Origin: Nitrospirota bacterium
GTDB lineage: Bacteria > Nitrospirota > UBA9217
Assembly: GCA_963737155.1 (NCBI GenBank)
Contig: CAVTRN010000002.1
Coordinates: 2,720,001-2,784,000, forward strand
Length of the DNA stretch: 64,000 bases
Reading direction: 5' to 3'
Every line of letters starts with the position of its first letter. Within the stretch, counting starts at the first letter, position 1. Under the pieces are notes generated by a model. That model saw nothing but the letters and a program-made list of their open reading frames with translations, was not told the DNA's origin and made no database searches. Positions 9,138 through 19,317 of this stretch are shown piece after piece. A program made the position numbers and the translations under genes.

Positions 9138-9512
9138 ATGAATAGAAGAAAAAAAATCCTGGTTGTTGACGATAATGAAATGCATCTCCAGGTAACAGGG
9201 GAGCTCCTCCGCGAGGAATTCGAGGTCATCACCCATCAATGCGGCTTCGGAGTCATGGCTCTCGCAAGCGAGTTTCAGCCTGACCTTCTCCTCCTCGATG
9301 TCAACATGCCAGCCTTCTCCGGTGACAAAGTGGCATTGCTACTCAGGGCAAACGAACTTACGCGTAATATTCAGATCGTATTCTATTCATGCGCCGACGA
9401 GAAAAATCTCAGCGAAATTGTCAAGACCTGCGATGTACGAGGATACATATGTAAGGGTGACATCATCGACCTGAAAAATAAAGTAAGCCACTACCTCGGA
9501 GCGCCGGTCTGA
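9138..9512 (+). CDS. Single-domain response regulator (receiver)
   Basis: ILVVDDN...PDLLLLDVNMP...FYS...YICKG with the canonical residues. Confidence 0.88.
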   Translation: MNRRKKILVVDDNEMHLQVTGELLREEFEVITHQCGFGVMALASEFQPDLLLLDVNMPAFSGDKVALLLRANELTRNIQIVFYSCADEKNLSEIVKTCDVRGYICKGDIIDLKNKVSHYLGAPV

Positions 9513-9729
9513 GCGAACACACGGCATGAACTTTATGAGAGGACCGATTCATCCGACAGGGACAGTGTCGTTACAGAGAAGCCAAAATAAGCAGTTCATG
9601 TCACTCCTTAATCAGCCCCGGCGAAATGAATAATCTGCGCTCCGGGGATAAGTCGCACGGCATCGAGGAATAGCGGTCGTGAAACGAAGGGTTGGAGACA
9701 CAAAAAAATATGGTAACAATATACTAAGA

Positions 9730-9783
9730 TTCATTGCATTGTAACGAAATTGTAACATGATTGTAATAATTCAATGATATAAA
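9730..9783 (+). promoter_or_regulatory. Pho-box array of the pstS promoter
   Basis: TTCAT(9730), GTAAC(9741), GTAAC(9752), GTAAT(9763), then TATAAA at 9778; directly upstream of pstS. Confidence 0.8.
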
Positions 9784-9817
9784 AATAGCATCGAAAAATC
9801 AATAGGGAGGAAATCCA

Positions 9818-10825
9818 ATGAAGAAAATCGCAGTAGTGGCATTAATCATCGTTCTCGCAATGGCATCGAGCGTCTTTGCGGCGGATATGCTGAACGGCGC
9901 CGGGGCGACGTTCCCCTACCCCATCTATTCGGCGTGGGCCAATGAGTACAACCAGGTCACAGGCATCCAGTTAAATTATCAGTCCATTGGTTCGGGCGGA
10001 GGCATCAAGCAGATCACAGAGCGGACAGTCGACTTCGGTGCATCCGACGCACCGCAAACGCCAGAGTTCCTGGCAAAAAACAATTTGCTGCAATTCCCGG
10101 CTGTGATGGGCGGCGTCGTTCTAGTTGTCAATATCAATGGTGTAAAGGCGAGACAGCTAAAACTCGATTCCGAAGCAGTTTGTAAAATATACCTTGGTGA
10201 AATAACGAACTGGAGCGACCCGAAGATCAAGGATCTTAACCCCGGCCTCAACCTCCGGAATGGCGACATCACAGTAGTCCATCGCTCAGACGGATCAGGA
10301 ACAACCGCGATCTTCACCGGTTACCTAAACGATGTCTGCTCTGCCTGGAAAGAAAAAGTCGGCACCGGCACTTCCGTCAGCTGGCCTGTGGGTATCGGAG
10401 GGAAAGGGAACGAGGGCGTTGCCAACTATGTTCAGCAGCAAAAGGATTCAATCGGATATGTAGAGTTTGCCTATGCGCAGCAGAACAATCTGTCCTACAC
10501 GCTCCTCAAGAATAGCGCCGGCACATTCGTGTCACCGAGTTTCGATACTTTTAAAGATGCGGCCGCTTCCGCCAATTTTGACCCGAAAAAGGACTTCTAC
10601 CTCTGGCTTAACAATGCACCAGGCAAAAACGCATGGCCTATCGCTGGCGCAACGTTCATACTCCTCGGTAAGGAAAAGATGGATTCGAACAAGAAGGTAG
10701 TGACGTTCTATAACTGGGCATTTACGCACGGCGATAAAAAGGCGGAAGAACTGATCTATGTTCCGCTCCCCAAATCTCTGAAAGATAAAATCCGCGCCTA
10801 CTGGAAAACGAACGGCATCATATAG
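9818..10825 (+). CDS. pstS: Phosphate ABC transporter substrate-binding protein
   Basis: Signal peptide; GAGATFPYP, YQSIGSGGG, DFGASDAP, HRSDGSGTT. Confidence 0.97.
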   Translation: MKKIAVVALIIVLAMASSVFAADMLNGAGATFPYPIYSAWANEYNQVTGIQLNYQSIGSGGGIKQITERTVDFGASDAPQTPEFLAKNNLLQFPAVMGGVVLVVNINGVKARQLKLDSEAVCKIYLGEITNWSDPKIKDLNPGLNLRNGDITVVHRSDGSGTTAIFTGYLNDVCSAWKEKVGTGTSVSWPVGIGGKGNEGVANYVQQQKDSIGYVEFAYAQQNNLSYTLLKNSAGTFVSPSFDTFKDAAASANFDPKKDFYLWLNNAPGKNAWPIAGATFILLGKEKMDSNKKVVTFYNWAFTHGDKKAEELIYVPLPKSLKDKIRAYWKTNGII

Positions 10826-11028
10826 TAAAGTGGCAAAATGAGTCTTTTTGGCGAGAGTGTGGGAAACACCAAAATATAGCATACAAGGGACAAACAAACC
10901 TTATTAATTTTGGTAAAATCCTTGTATAATCGAGGATTTACATCTTACAGAGCATAAGCAGCCTATGTCGATATGTTTGGGGTGCCCACACCTTAACCCT
11001 CAAGCGACCAAAAAATAAGTTGAATTGC

Positions 11029-11073
11029 ACGGGTCAGGTATATATACTATTGATACCTGACCCGTTTGATTTT
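11029..11073 (+). terminator. 13-bp hairpin with T-rich tail between pstS and pstC (partial terminator or mRNA stabiliser)
   Basis: ACGGGTCAGGTAT / ATACCTGACCCGT followed by TTGATTTT. Confidence 0.55.
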
Positions 11074-11103
11074 ATCATCGGGCAGAGCAGAAAGGTAGCA
11101 TCC

Positions 11104-12045
11104 TTGGCCACTTTCCCCAAAAAAAATATCATCGATTTTTCCTTTTCCTTCCTGACCGCCATCGCATCTTTTACTGTCATCATTTTCATTGTCGGAATTC
11201 TGGTGGTACTCGTCAATGAGTCTTCGCTCGCCATAGGAAAGTTCGGGTTAATCCACTTTCTTACATCAACGGTCTGGAACCCCGTCACAGGCGTCTTTGG
11301 GGCGGCAACCACTATCTACGGTACATTCGTTACAACCGCGCTCGCCTTGATTTTTGCCATTCCGACCGCGATCGGCATAGCGATATTCGTCACAGAAATT
11401 GCGCCCAATTTTCTCAAAGCCCCTATTGGCATCGCTATAGAGCTTCTGGCAGCCATTCCGAGCATTATTTACGGCATGTGGGGCCTCTTCGCGCTGGCGC
11501 CTATCATGTCGAATTATGTCGAACCCGCGCTTAAGAGTACCGTCGGGACGCTACCAGTTATCGGCATTCTGTTCAAGGGGAATCCTATGGGCATCGACCT
11601 GTTGACCGCAAGCATCATCCTCGGCATCATGATCATCCCTTTCACGGCAAGCATCGCCCGCGATGCGTTCAATTTAACCCCCGCCGTGGTCAAGGAGTCG
11701 GCCTACGCCATTGGGGCCACCAGGTGGGAAGTCGTGAAAAACGTTGTCCTTCCTTATTCCAAGCTGGGCGTGTTCGGAGGGGCCGCGCTTTCTCTAGGAC
11801 GAGCGCTGGGCGAGACCATGGCCGTAGCCTTCGTGCTCGGGAACAACCATAAAATCGCCACGTCGCTCCTTGACGCGGCATCGACCATCACCGTGAGCCT
11901 CGCAAATGAATTCACGGAAGCGGACAGCGCCTTGTACTTGTCCTCGCTTTATTATCTCGCACTCGTCCTGTTCGTGATGAGCTTTATCATATTGGCTATT
12001 GCTAAATTTTTTCTTTTGAAGGCGGAAAGGAAGTATTCACGTTAG
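11104..12045 (+). CDS. pstC: Phosphate ABC transporter permease PstC
   Basis: ELLAAIPSIIYGMWG, ESAYAIGATRWE, GRALGETMAV; start probably TTG 11104 (ORF open from 11020). Confidence 0.95.
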   Translation: MATFPKKNIIDFSFSFLTAIASFTVIIFIVGILVVLVNESSLAIGKFGLIHFLTSTVWNPVTGVFGAATTIYGTFVTTALALIFAIPTAIGIAIFVTEIAPNFLKAPIGIAIELLAAIPSIIYGMWGLFALAPIMSNYVEPALKSTVGTLPVIGILFKGNPMGIDLLTASIILGIMIIPFTASIARDAFNLTPAVVKESAYAIGATRWEVVKNVVLPYSKLGVFGGAALSLGRALGETMAVAFVLGNNHKIATSLLDAASTITVSLANEFTEADSALYLSSLYYLALVLFVMSFIILAIAKFFLLKAERKYSR

Positions 12046-12225
12046 CGCAGAATACGCCTGTGTGCTTCGCCCTTCTTGTCGTCCTTCCTGTTTGTCGGGA
12101 ATTGTAGCTGAATCACGAGCTCAAAGAAAACGATTCCGGACAAGCCCTTGGTGTGCCTATGCGAAAGGGCAGGCGGAATGACATTAAAAGATGGGTGGCT
12201 GAGCGAGAAAATTAATTTTTATCCC

Positions 12226-13068
12226 ATGACTAACGAACAAAAACGTAAAATCGAAAGCATCCTCGCTCTCTCGTTGAGCGGACTCGCCGCCGCGATCGGT
12301 CTATTCTGGCTCGTGTACATCCTGGCCGATGTGATTATCAACGGTCTCGGGGCTCTCAAATTAAGCTTGTTCTTCAATGACCCTGCTCCCGTAGGGGTCG
12401 AAGGAGGCGGATTGAGGAATGCTTTCGTCGGGCAGCTGATGATAACCGCGACCGCAACCTTGATAGGCGTTCCCATCGGCGTGCTGGGAGGCACGTTCCT
12501 CGCCGAATACGCCCGGGGCAGAAAGATCGCGCGTGTCATCAGCATTCTTGCCGACATTATGGTCAGCGTTCCGTCCATCGTGGTAGGTGCATTTGTTTAC
12601 GCGATCCTCGTCCTGCCAATGCACCATTTCAGCGGCTGGGCCGGGGCCGTTGCACTTTCGATCATTATGATCCCCGTGGTCCTGCGGACGACCGAGGACA
12701 TGCTGTCCCTGGTGCCATGGACCTTGCGTGAAGCGGCCTTCGCCCTCGGCGCGCCGTATTACAAAGTAATCATCCAGGTCGTGTACCGCGGGGCCGCCAC
12801 AGGCATCCTCACCGGAATTCTGCTCTCTATCGCCCGCGTTGCCGGTGAAACAGCTCCACTGCTCTTTACGTCGTTCAACAATAACTTTCATTCAACGAAC
12901 ATGAACGGCCCCATGGCTTCGCTCACGGTCACCATCTTTCAGTACGCCATGGGTCCCTATAAAAGCTGGCATGTGCAGGCCTGGGGCGCATCCTTCGTCA
13001 TCACGCTTTTCATTCTCGGACTGACAATCGCGGGCAGATTAATCATCAAATGGAGGTATAAGACTTGA
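12226..13068 (+). CDS. pstA: Phosphate ABC transporter permease PstA
   Basis: [37 protein letters not shown]; start probably ATG 12226. Confidence 0.95.
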   Translation: MTNEQKRKIESILALSLSGLAAAIGLFWLVYILADVIINGLGALKLSLFFNDPAPVGVEGGGLRNAFVGQLMITATATLIGVPIGVLGGTFLAEYARGRKIARVISILADIMVSVPSIVVGAFVYAILVLPMHHFSGWAGAVALSIIMIPVVLRTTEDMLSLVPWTLREAAFALGAPYYKVIIQVVYRGAATGILTGILLSIARVAGETAPLLFTSFNNNFHSTNMNGPMASLTVTIFQYAMGPYKSWHVQAWGASFVITLFILGLTIAGRLIIKWRYKT

Positions 13069-13829
13069 CAGGACCAATCGAGATGGAGGTCAGGGACCTG
13101 GACTTCTATTACAACGGAGACCTTCACGCGCTTCGGGCGATTTCGCTGCCAATTTACAAAAACAACGTAACGGCACTGATCGGACCGTCGGGTTGCGGCA
13201 AAACCACGCTGCTCCGCTGTTTTAACCGTATGCACGATCTCTATCCCAAGCACCGGTACGGAGGGGAAATCGTCTTTCAGGGAAATGACATTTTGGGTGT
13301 CGGCACAGACCTGATTAATCTTCGGAGCCGCATCGGAATGGTATTCCAGAGGCCGACGCCCTTCCCCATGTCCATTGCCGAAAACATCGCATACGGGTTG
13401 CGGCTCAAGGGAATCAGGAAAAAAAGCGAGCTCGTCGAGCGCATTGAGCGGGCGCTCAAACATGCGGTGCTCTGGGAGGAGGTAAGGGACAAGCTGAACT
13501 CCAGTGCCTACGACCTCTCGGGCGGACAGCAGCAGCGGCTCGTGATAGCGCGCGCCTTGGCCGTGGAACCAGAAATCCTACTTTTCGATGAGCCGACTTC
13601 TGCCCTAGACCCCATCTCAACGGCCAAAATCGAGGAGTTGGTGGTCAACCTCAAGAAGGATGTCACGATTATCATCGTAACGCACAACATGCAGCAGGCG
13701 GCGCGCGTCTCCGACATGACAGGCTTTCTCTACATGGGTGAACTCATCGAATACGGCACAACAGAGAAGATATTCACGAATCCAGACAAGAAGCAGACTG
13801 ACGATTATATAACTGGTAGGTTCGGGTAA
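13065..13829 (+). CDS. pstB: Phosphate ABC transporter ATP-binding protein
   Basis: [33 protein letters not shown]. Confidence 0.97.
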   Translation: MTGPIEMEVRDLDFYYNGDLHALRAISLPIYKNNVTALIGPSGCGKTTLLRCFNRMHDLYPKHRYGGEIVFQGNDILGVGTDLINLRSRIGMVFQRPTPFPMSIAENIAYGLRLKGIRKKSELVERIERALKHAVLWEEVRDKLNSSAYDLSGGQQQRLVIARALAVEPEILLFDEPTSALDPISTAKIEELVVNLKKDVTIIIVTHNMQQAARVSDMTGFLYMGELIEYGTTEKIFTNPDKKQTDDYITGRFG

Positions 13830-13931
13830 AAGATGCAGGATCATGTAGAAAGGGAACTAAAACTTTGCAGCCTAGTACTCACACTTTTCCCTGCTCTTGA
13901 CACGTGACCCTATGTTCTAAACGGAGGACCC

Positions 13932-14618
13932 ATGACGGCACAGAAAGAACAGGACATCGAAAAACTCAAGGAACGCATCCTCAAGATGGGGGCCTTTGTC
14001 GAGGAAGCTATCAGGCGATCCGTTAAGGCCCTTGTGGAACGAGACCGTGAGTTGGCCATCTCGGTGATCGACGGCGATGCCATTGTGAACAACTACGACG
14101 TGGAGATCGAGGAGGAGTGCATCAGGTTCCTGGCCATTTGGCAACCCACGGGCAGTAATCTCCGACTTGTGACGACGGCAATAAAGATCATCACCGATTT
14201 GGAGCGCATGGGAGATCTGGCTGTGGACACCTGCGAACGGGCCATCGAGATGTTGGACGAGCCGCCGCTCAAGCCTTTTATCGACCTCCCGCGCATGGCC
14301 GAGGCAGCCCAGAAAATGCTTAAGGACAGCCTAGACGCCTTTGTGACCCAGGATGCTGATCTGGCCTTGCAGGTGTGCGAAGCCGATGATTTCGTGGACA
14401 ACCTGAACCAGCAGATATTCAACGAGTTACTGCTTTATATGCTCAAAGACTCGAAAAACATCAGCCGCGCCGTCCGGCTTACCTATATTGACAAGTATAT
14501 CGAACGCATCGCCGATCATGCCACGAATATCGCGGAAATGGTGGTCTATATGGTCAAGGGCAAAGTGATTAGGCATATGGCCTGTGAAACAATCCGTAAG
14601 GAAAAAAACAAGGTTTGA
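13932..14618 (+). CDS. phoU: Phosphate signalling protein PhoU
   Basis: DLERMGDLA and ERIADHATNIAE repeats; follows pstB. Confidence 0.96.
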   Translation: MTAQKEQDIEKLKERILKMGAFVEEAIRRSVKALVERDRELAISVIDGDAIVNNYDVEIEEECIRFLAIWQPTGSNLRLVTTAIKIITDLERMGDLAVDTCERAIEMLDEPPLKPFIDLPRMAEAAQKMLKDSLDAFVTQDADLALQVCEADDFVDNLNQQIFNELLLYMLKDSKNISRAVRLTYIDKYIERIADHATNIAEMVVYMVKGKVIRHMACETIRKEKNKV

Positions 14619-14816
14619 CATAGTATGCCACACGTCCGCAACACATAATTCCCATTATGAACGAACGGCAGCGCGGGCGGGACAGGAAAAGAGGCTGAAA
14701 AATTCTAACCCAATCGCCGTTTTCTCATTAATGTCCTGTTAAATATTCTTAAGATTTTCCAGCCGCGTCTGCCATATTTCCCCATTCATTATACGTTGAC
14801 CATCACCATAAAATGT

Positions 14817-14846
14817 TTGACAAATCGCACTATTACGATGTAAAAT
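14817..14846 (+). promoter_or_regulatory. Sigma70-type promoter of the arn operon
   Basis: TTGACA-N18-TAAAAT. Confidence 0.45.
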
Positions 14847-14973
14847 ATAAAATTCGGCTTTCATCGGCCGGGTTTTCTTGCTCTGCCATCCCAAACAATA
14901 ACGGCGAGCGGTAGATTCCGCTGTCCATCAATTCCCGGCCGCGCTCGTAGGCAGCATCTTCGGAAAGATATTC

Positions 14974-16650
14974 ATGAATTCTGTCTCCAAACAAAGCGGG
15001 CATCCTCTCCTGCGGGACCTTGTAATCTTGACTGTCCTACTTGCCGTCTTTTTTGGCTTAATGATCGGAAACCGGCCCTTGTCCGTGCCCGACGAGGGCC
15101 GGTACGTTGAGATTCCCCGCGAAATGGTCGAAACGGGAAACTATCTAACCCCCCGCCTGAACGGGGTGAAATACTTTGAAAAACCCGTTCTCTTCTACTG
15201 GCTTGAGGCCTCGTCGATCAAACTTTTCGGTCTCCACGAGTCCACCTTACGCCTCTGGCCCGCTCTCTTCGCACTCTTCGGATGCCTCTCTGTCTACGTC
15301 GCAGGTCGACGGCTCTTCAGTCGCCGAACCGGGCTTGTCGCCACGATCGTGCTGGCGACCAACGTTCTTTACTACAGCATGAGTCGGGCGATCATTCTCG
15401 ACATGCCAGTCTCAGCCTTCCTTACCGCTGCGCTACTTTCCTTCCTGGTCGGCATGCACGAGATTCCTGGATTGCGGCGAAGGCTCCTTCTATGGAGCTT
15501 TTACGTTTTTTGCGCCTTCGCCGTCCTCACCAAGGGACTAATCGGCATCGTCATCCCAGGCATAATCATCGGCGCATGGATCGTCATGCTCGGCGAATGG
15601 CGTGTCCTCAAGACCATCTATCTTCCCTCGGGGCTTGCGCTGTTCCTGCTTATCGCCGCGCCGTGGCACATCCTCATCATTCGGGCCAACCCTGAGTTTT
15701 TTCATTTTTATTTCATTCAAGAGCACTTCCTGCGTTATTTGACCAAGATGCACGACCGGTACCATCCCGCGTGGTTCTTTATTCCCATCATCCTCGCCGG
15801 GTTGTTTCCCTGGAGCGTCTTTCTCATGCAGTCAGTAAGATACAGCCTCCCGACCTCCTGGTTTGAACGGTACGAGCACCGTGATGCGCTCTTTCTGATA
15901 CTATGGGCAGGGCTGGTGTTTCTCTTTTTTTCTGGCTCGGATTCGAAGCTGGTACCCTACATCCTTCCTGTATTTCCGCCTCTGGCGCTCCTGATCGGGC
16001 GCTATCTTGCCGATGCATGGGACAGCAAGGAGTTTCCCGGACTACGTCTCGGATACCATATGCTCCTGATAGCTGCATTGCTGCTGTCAGGTGCTTTTTT
16101 GATGGTCCCATATTTTTCGCTGGTGCTGAATGTTCAGGCCCTTGGCGTATACAGCTACCTGCTTGCAATTACCCTGACCGCGGGAGCTGTATCAGCCTGG
16201 GTGCTAGCACGGAAGCGCGGTTTTCAGCCGTTCTTCATCGCCATTGTCGCCATGTCCGTGCTTTTCCTGCTCGAAGTGAACGCGGCCGCCCCCCGCGTTC
16301 AACCCAATTCGATCAAGGATCTAGCGGTGGTCCTGAAGCCCTTGCTTAAGCCCGGAGATGAGGTCGCAAACTATTCAAACTATTACCAGGATCTGCCTGT
16401 TTATCTTGAAAAGCGCATCATTGTCGCAGGCTGGACTGGCGAGCTCGAATTTGGCACTCAAGTGGAGGACACCTCACAGTGGATGATGGACCCGGACGCG
16501 TTCTGGAAACGGTGGCAAGGCCCCGGAACGCTTTACTTGATTACCGATAAAGATACTTATGAGGGCCTGCGCCAGAACGCCAAGCTTAAATTATTCCCTG
16601 TGGCAGCAGACAGGACGAACATTGTGCTGTCCAACATAGAGGTCAAGTGA
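14974..16650 (+). CDS. arnT: ArnT-type 4-amino-4-deoxy-L-arabinose transferase (GT-C fold)
   Basis: PDEGRYVEIPREM, YFEKPVLFYW, LTKGLIG, SKLVPYILP; multi-TM; arn context. Confidence 0.9.
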   Translation: MNSVSKQSGHPLLRDLVILTVLLAVFFGLMIGNRPLSVPDEGRYVEIPREMVETGNYLTPRLNGVKYFEKPVLFYWLEASSIKLFGLHESTLRLWPALFALFGCLSVYVAGRRLFSRRTGLVATIVLATNVLYYSMSRAIILDMPVSAFLTAALLSFLVGMHEIPGLRRRLLLWSFYVFCAFAVLTKGLIGIVIPGIIIGAWIVMLGEWRVLKTIYLPSGLALFLLIAAPWHILIIRANPEFFHFYFIQEHFLRYLTKMHDRYHPAWFFIPIILAGLFPWSVFLMQSVRYSLPTSWFERYEHRDALFLILWAGLVFLFFSGSDSKLVPYILPVFPPLALLIGRYLADAWDSKEFPGLRLGYHMLLIAALLLSGAFLMVPYFSLVLNVQALGVYSYLLAITLTAGAVSAWVLARKRGFQPFFIAIVAMSVLFLLEVNAAAPRVQPNSIKDLAVVLKPLLKPGDEVANYSNYYQDLPVYLEKRIIVAGWTGELEFGTQVEDTSQWMMDPDAFWKRWQGPGTLYLITDKDTYEGLRQNAKLKLFPVAADRTNIVLSNIEVK

Positions 16651-17015
16651 TGAGTTATCTTCCCCTGATTCTCCTCGGCGTATTGCTGAATGCGACTGCT
16701 CAGGTGTTTCTCAAGGAGGGGATGCGGCGGATCGGCCATTTCGATTTCATCTGGGCCAATGTACTCCCCATTGCGGTCCAGGTGGCGGGGAATGCTTTCA
16801 TTCTCGCGGGTCTGCTCTGCTACGTCATAAGCGTAGCGGTCTGGCTTCTTGTCCTATCCCGGGTCGAGGTAAGCTTTGCCTATCCACTCCTCTCGGTGGG
16901 ATACATCGTGAACGCCATTGCGGGGTATTACCTGTTCCAGGAGAATCTTTCAGTCACCCGTATTACGGGAATCCTGATCATTTGTATAGGCGTGTATTTT
17001 GTGACGAAGAGCTGA
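16650..17015 (+). CDS. SMR/EamA-type undecaprenyl-P-Ara4N flippase subunit (ArnE/ArnF-like)
   Basis: Four TM helices, AQVFLK, SFAYPLLS, LFQENLS; arn context. Confidence 0.85.
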   Translation: MSYLPLILLGVLLNATAQVFLKEGMRRIGHFDFIWANVLPIAVQVAGNAFILAGLLCYVISVAVWLLVLSRVEVSFAYPLLSVGYIVNAIAGYYLFQENLSVTRITGILIICIGVYFVTKS

Positions 17016-17204
17016 GCAAATAAATATTTCACCGTAGCTTGAGTAAAGAATGCGGAGTTCCAAAATTGTCATGTGAACCTTATGTCCTTTGAGCTTTTTT
17101 TGACGTTGTTTCAGACAAGCCGGAATGATAACAAAACCGGCGACCTGAGTCGTTACACCATGTAAATGACTCGTGAGAATATATCTTTTGAAACGAGGCA
17201 TCTA

Positions 17205-18374
17205 ATGTCAAATAACTCAAAAGAAGAATTTCTTCCTTTTTCCCGGCCGTCCATCGATCAGGCCGCCATCGACGAAGTGGTGGCGTGCCTTAAATCAGGC
17301 TGGATTACCACCGGTCCCCGAGTCAAACAGTTCGAGGAGGATCTGAAAGCTTATGTAGGCGCGCCGTACGTTTTGGCTCTCAACTCTGCAACCGCCGGCC
17401 TCCACCTTGCGCTCGTTGCCCTGGACCTCAAACCAGACGAAGAAGTTATCACAACGCCCATGACCTTCGCGGCCACGCTGAACACGATCGTGCTTGCAGG
17501 CGGGAAACCGGTCCTCGTCGATGTCGAGCCCGGGACTTATAACATGGATGTGACGAAGCTTGAAAAGGCGGTCACGCAACGCACCCGCGCCATTATGCCC
17601 GTACACTTTGCCGGCCTTCCAGTGGACCTCGATCCACTCTACGATGTCGCGAAGAAACATAACCTTCGCGTCATTGAGGACGCGGCCCATGCTATCGGCA
17701 CGGAGTACAAAGGCAGGCGCATCGGCGGATTCGGCGATATCCAGGTATTCAGCTTCCACCCGAACAAGAATATGACGACTGGCGAAGGCGGATGCGTGGT
17801 CACGCGGGACGAAAAACTCACCTCGGACATCGCCCTGCTCCGTTTCCATGGCATGGACCGGGAAGCGTGGAACCGGTTCGGCAAAAAAGGCAACCAGCAT
17901 TACGAGATCATCACGCCGGGATTTAAATATAACATGATGGACATCCAGGCCGCCTTGGGGCTGCACCAGCTAAAGCAGCTCAACGGCTTCATCAGGCGCC
18001 GAACCGAACTTGCGCTCCGGTACCACAAGCTGCTCAAGAACTGGCCCCAATGGACCCTGACCGCGGCTCCAACTTATCCCCACCTTCACGCCTGGCATCT
18101 ATACACGCCGCTCATCAATCCCGAGTCGGCGAAGATGGACCGGGACGCGTTCATGCAGGGGATGAAGGAGCGCAACATTGGGACAGGCCTGCATTACCGC
18201 GCCGTACATCTCTACCCGTACTACAGGGAACACTTCGGCTTCAAGCAGGGTGATTTTCCGAATGCCGAGAACATCTCAGATCGCATCGTGAGCCTACCGC
18301 TGTTCCCCGCCATGAATGATGAGGACCAAGACCGCGTGGTCGCAGCTATGGCTGACCTGTTCAAGAGGAAGTAA
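17205..18374 (+). CDS. arnB: UDP-4-amino-4-deoxy-L-arabinose aminotransferase (DegT/DnrJ family)
   Basis: FLPFSRP, SGWITTGP, EDAAHAIG, FSFHPNKNMTTGEGG. Confidence 0.9.
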   Translation: MSNNSKEEFLPFSRPSIDQAAIDEVVACLKSGWITTGPRVKQFEEDLKAYVGAPYVLALNSATAGLHLALVALDLKPDEEVITTPMTFAATLNTIVLAGGKPVLVDVEPGTYNMDVTKLEKAVTQRTRAIMPVHFAGLPVDLDPLYDVAKKHNLRVIEDAAHAIGTEYKGRRIGGFGDIQVFSFHPNKNMTTGEGGCVVTRDEKLTSDIALLRFHGMDREAWNRFGKKGNQHYEIITPGFKYNMMDIQAALGLHQLKQLNGFIRRRTELALRYHKLLKNWPQWTLTAAPTYPHLHAWHLYTPLINPESAKMDRDAFMQGMKERNIGTGLHYRAVHLYPYYREHFGFKQGDFPNAENISDRIVSLPLFPAMNDEDQDRVVAAMADLFKRK

Positions 18375-18378
18375 GCCC

Positions 18379-19317
18379 ATGAAACCCTATATCAGCATAG
18401 TTATCCCGGTTTACAACGAACAGGACAATCTCGAGGCCCTCTTCACACGCCTGACGGCGGTGATGGACAAAACGGGAAAACCCTACGAAATTCTGTTCAC
18501 GAACGACGGTAGCCGCGACCGTTCCCGGGATATACTCAAGGATTTTTTTAAGCGGCGTCCTGGTACCATTCGTGTCATCAACTTCAACGGAAATTTCGGT
18601 CAGCACATGGCCATCATGGCCGCCTTCGAACGGGTGCAGGGCGAGGTGGTTGTAACGCTTGATGCGGACCTTCAGAATCCGCCCGAGGAAATTCCGAAGC
18701 TTCTCGCGGCAATCGAAGCGGGACATGACGTTGTGGGGGGATACCGCAAAAACCGCCAGGATAACTTCTTCAGGAAGTATGTATCGAAGGTAATAAACGG
18801 AATCCGTGCGAAGATCACCAATATCCGCATGCGGGACCAGGGCTGCATGCTCCGCGCGTACCGGAAGAACATTATCGACAGCATTGTGGCGAGCGAGGAG
18901 ACCTCAACGTTCATCCCGGCGCTCGCTTACAGCTATGCGGCCAATCCTGCTGAGGTGGAAGTCGAGCATGCGGCACGGGCGGCAGGTGAATCCAAGTACC
19001 GCCTCTATGACCTGATCCGTTTGAACTTCGATCTCATGACTGGATTCTCCATCGTGCCACTCCAGGTGTTCACCGTCTTCGGCATTGTCGTTTCTATGCT
19101 TAGTACTCTCTTCGTGGTTTACCTGTTCATACGCCGCCTAGTAGTAGGCCCCGAGGCTGAGGGGGTATTCACCCTTTTCGCAATACTCTATTTTCTCGTC
19201 GGAATCGCTATCATGGGTCTCGGCATCATCGGCGAATATATCGGAAGAATCTATAAGGAAGTGAGGCGCAGACCGCGGTTCGTGATCCGCGACGTCTACG
19301 AAAAAATCAATGACTAA
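18379..19317 (+). CDS. arnC: Undecaprenyl-phosphate Ara4FN transferase (GT2)
   Basis: SIVIPVYNE, NFGQHMAI, TLDADLQNPPEEIP, DQGCMLRAY; two C-terminal TMs. Confidence 0.9.
   Translation: MKPYISIVIPVYNEQDNLEALFTRLTAVMDKTGKPYEILFTNDGSRDRSRDILKDFFKRRPGTIRVINFNGNFGQHMAIMAAFERVQGEVVVTLDADLQNPPEEIPKLLAAIEAGHDVVGGYRKNRQDNFFRKYVSKVINGIRAKITNIRMRDQGCMLRAYRKNIIDSIVASEETSTFIPALAYSYAANPAEVEVEHAARAAGESKYRLYDLIRLNFDLMTGFSIVPLQVFTVFGIVVSMLSTLFVVYLFIRRLVVGPEAEGVFTLFAILYFLVGIAIMGLGIIGEYIGRIYKEVRRRPRFVIRDVYEKIND

Noticed and set aside
17060-17170. GTCAT/GTTAC words upstream of arnB as a Pho box
   Set aside because: Not in an 11-bp array like the four accepted sites.
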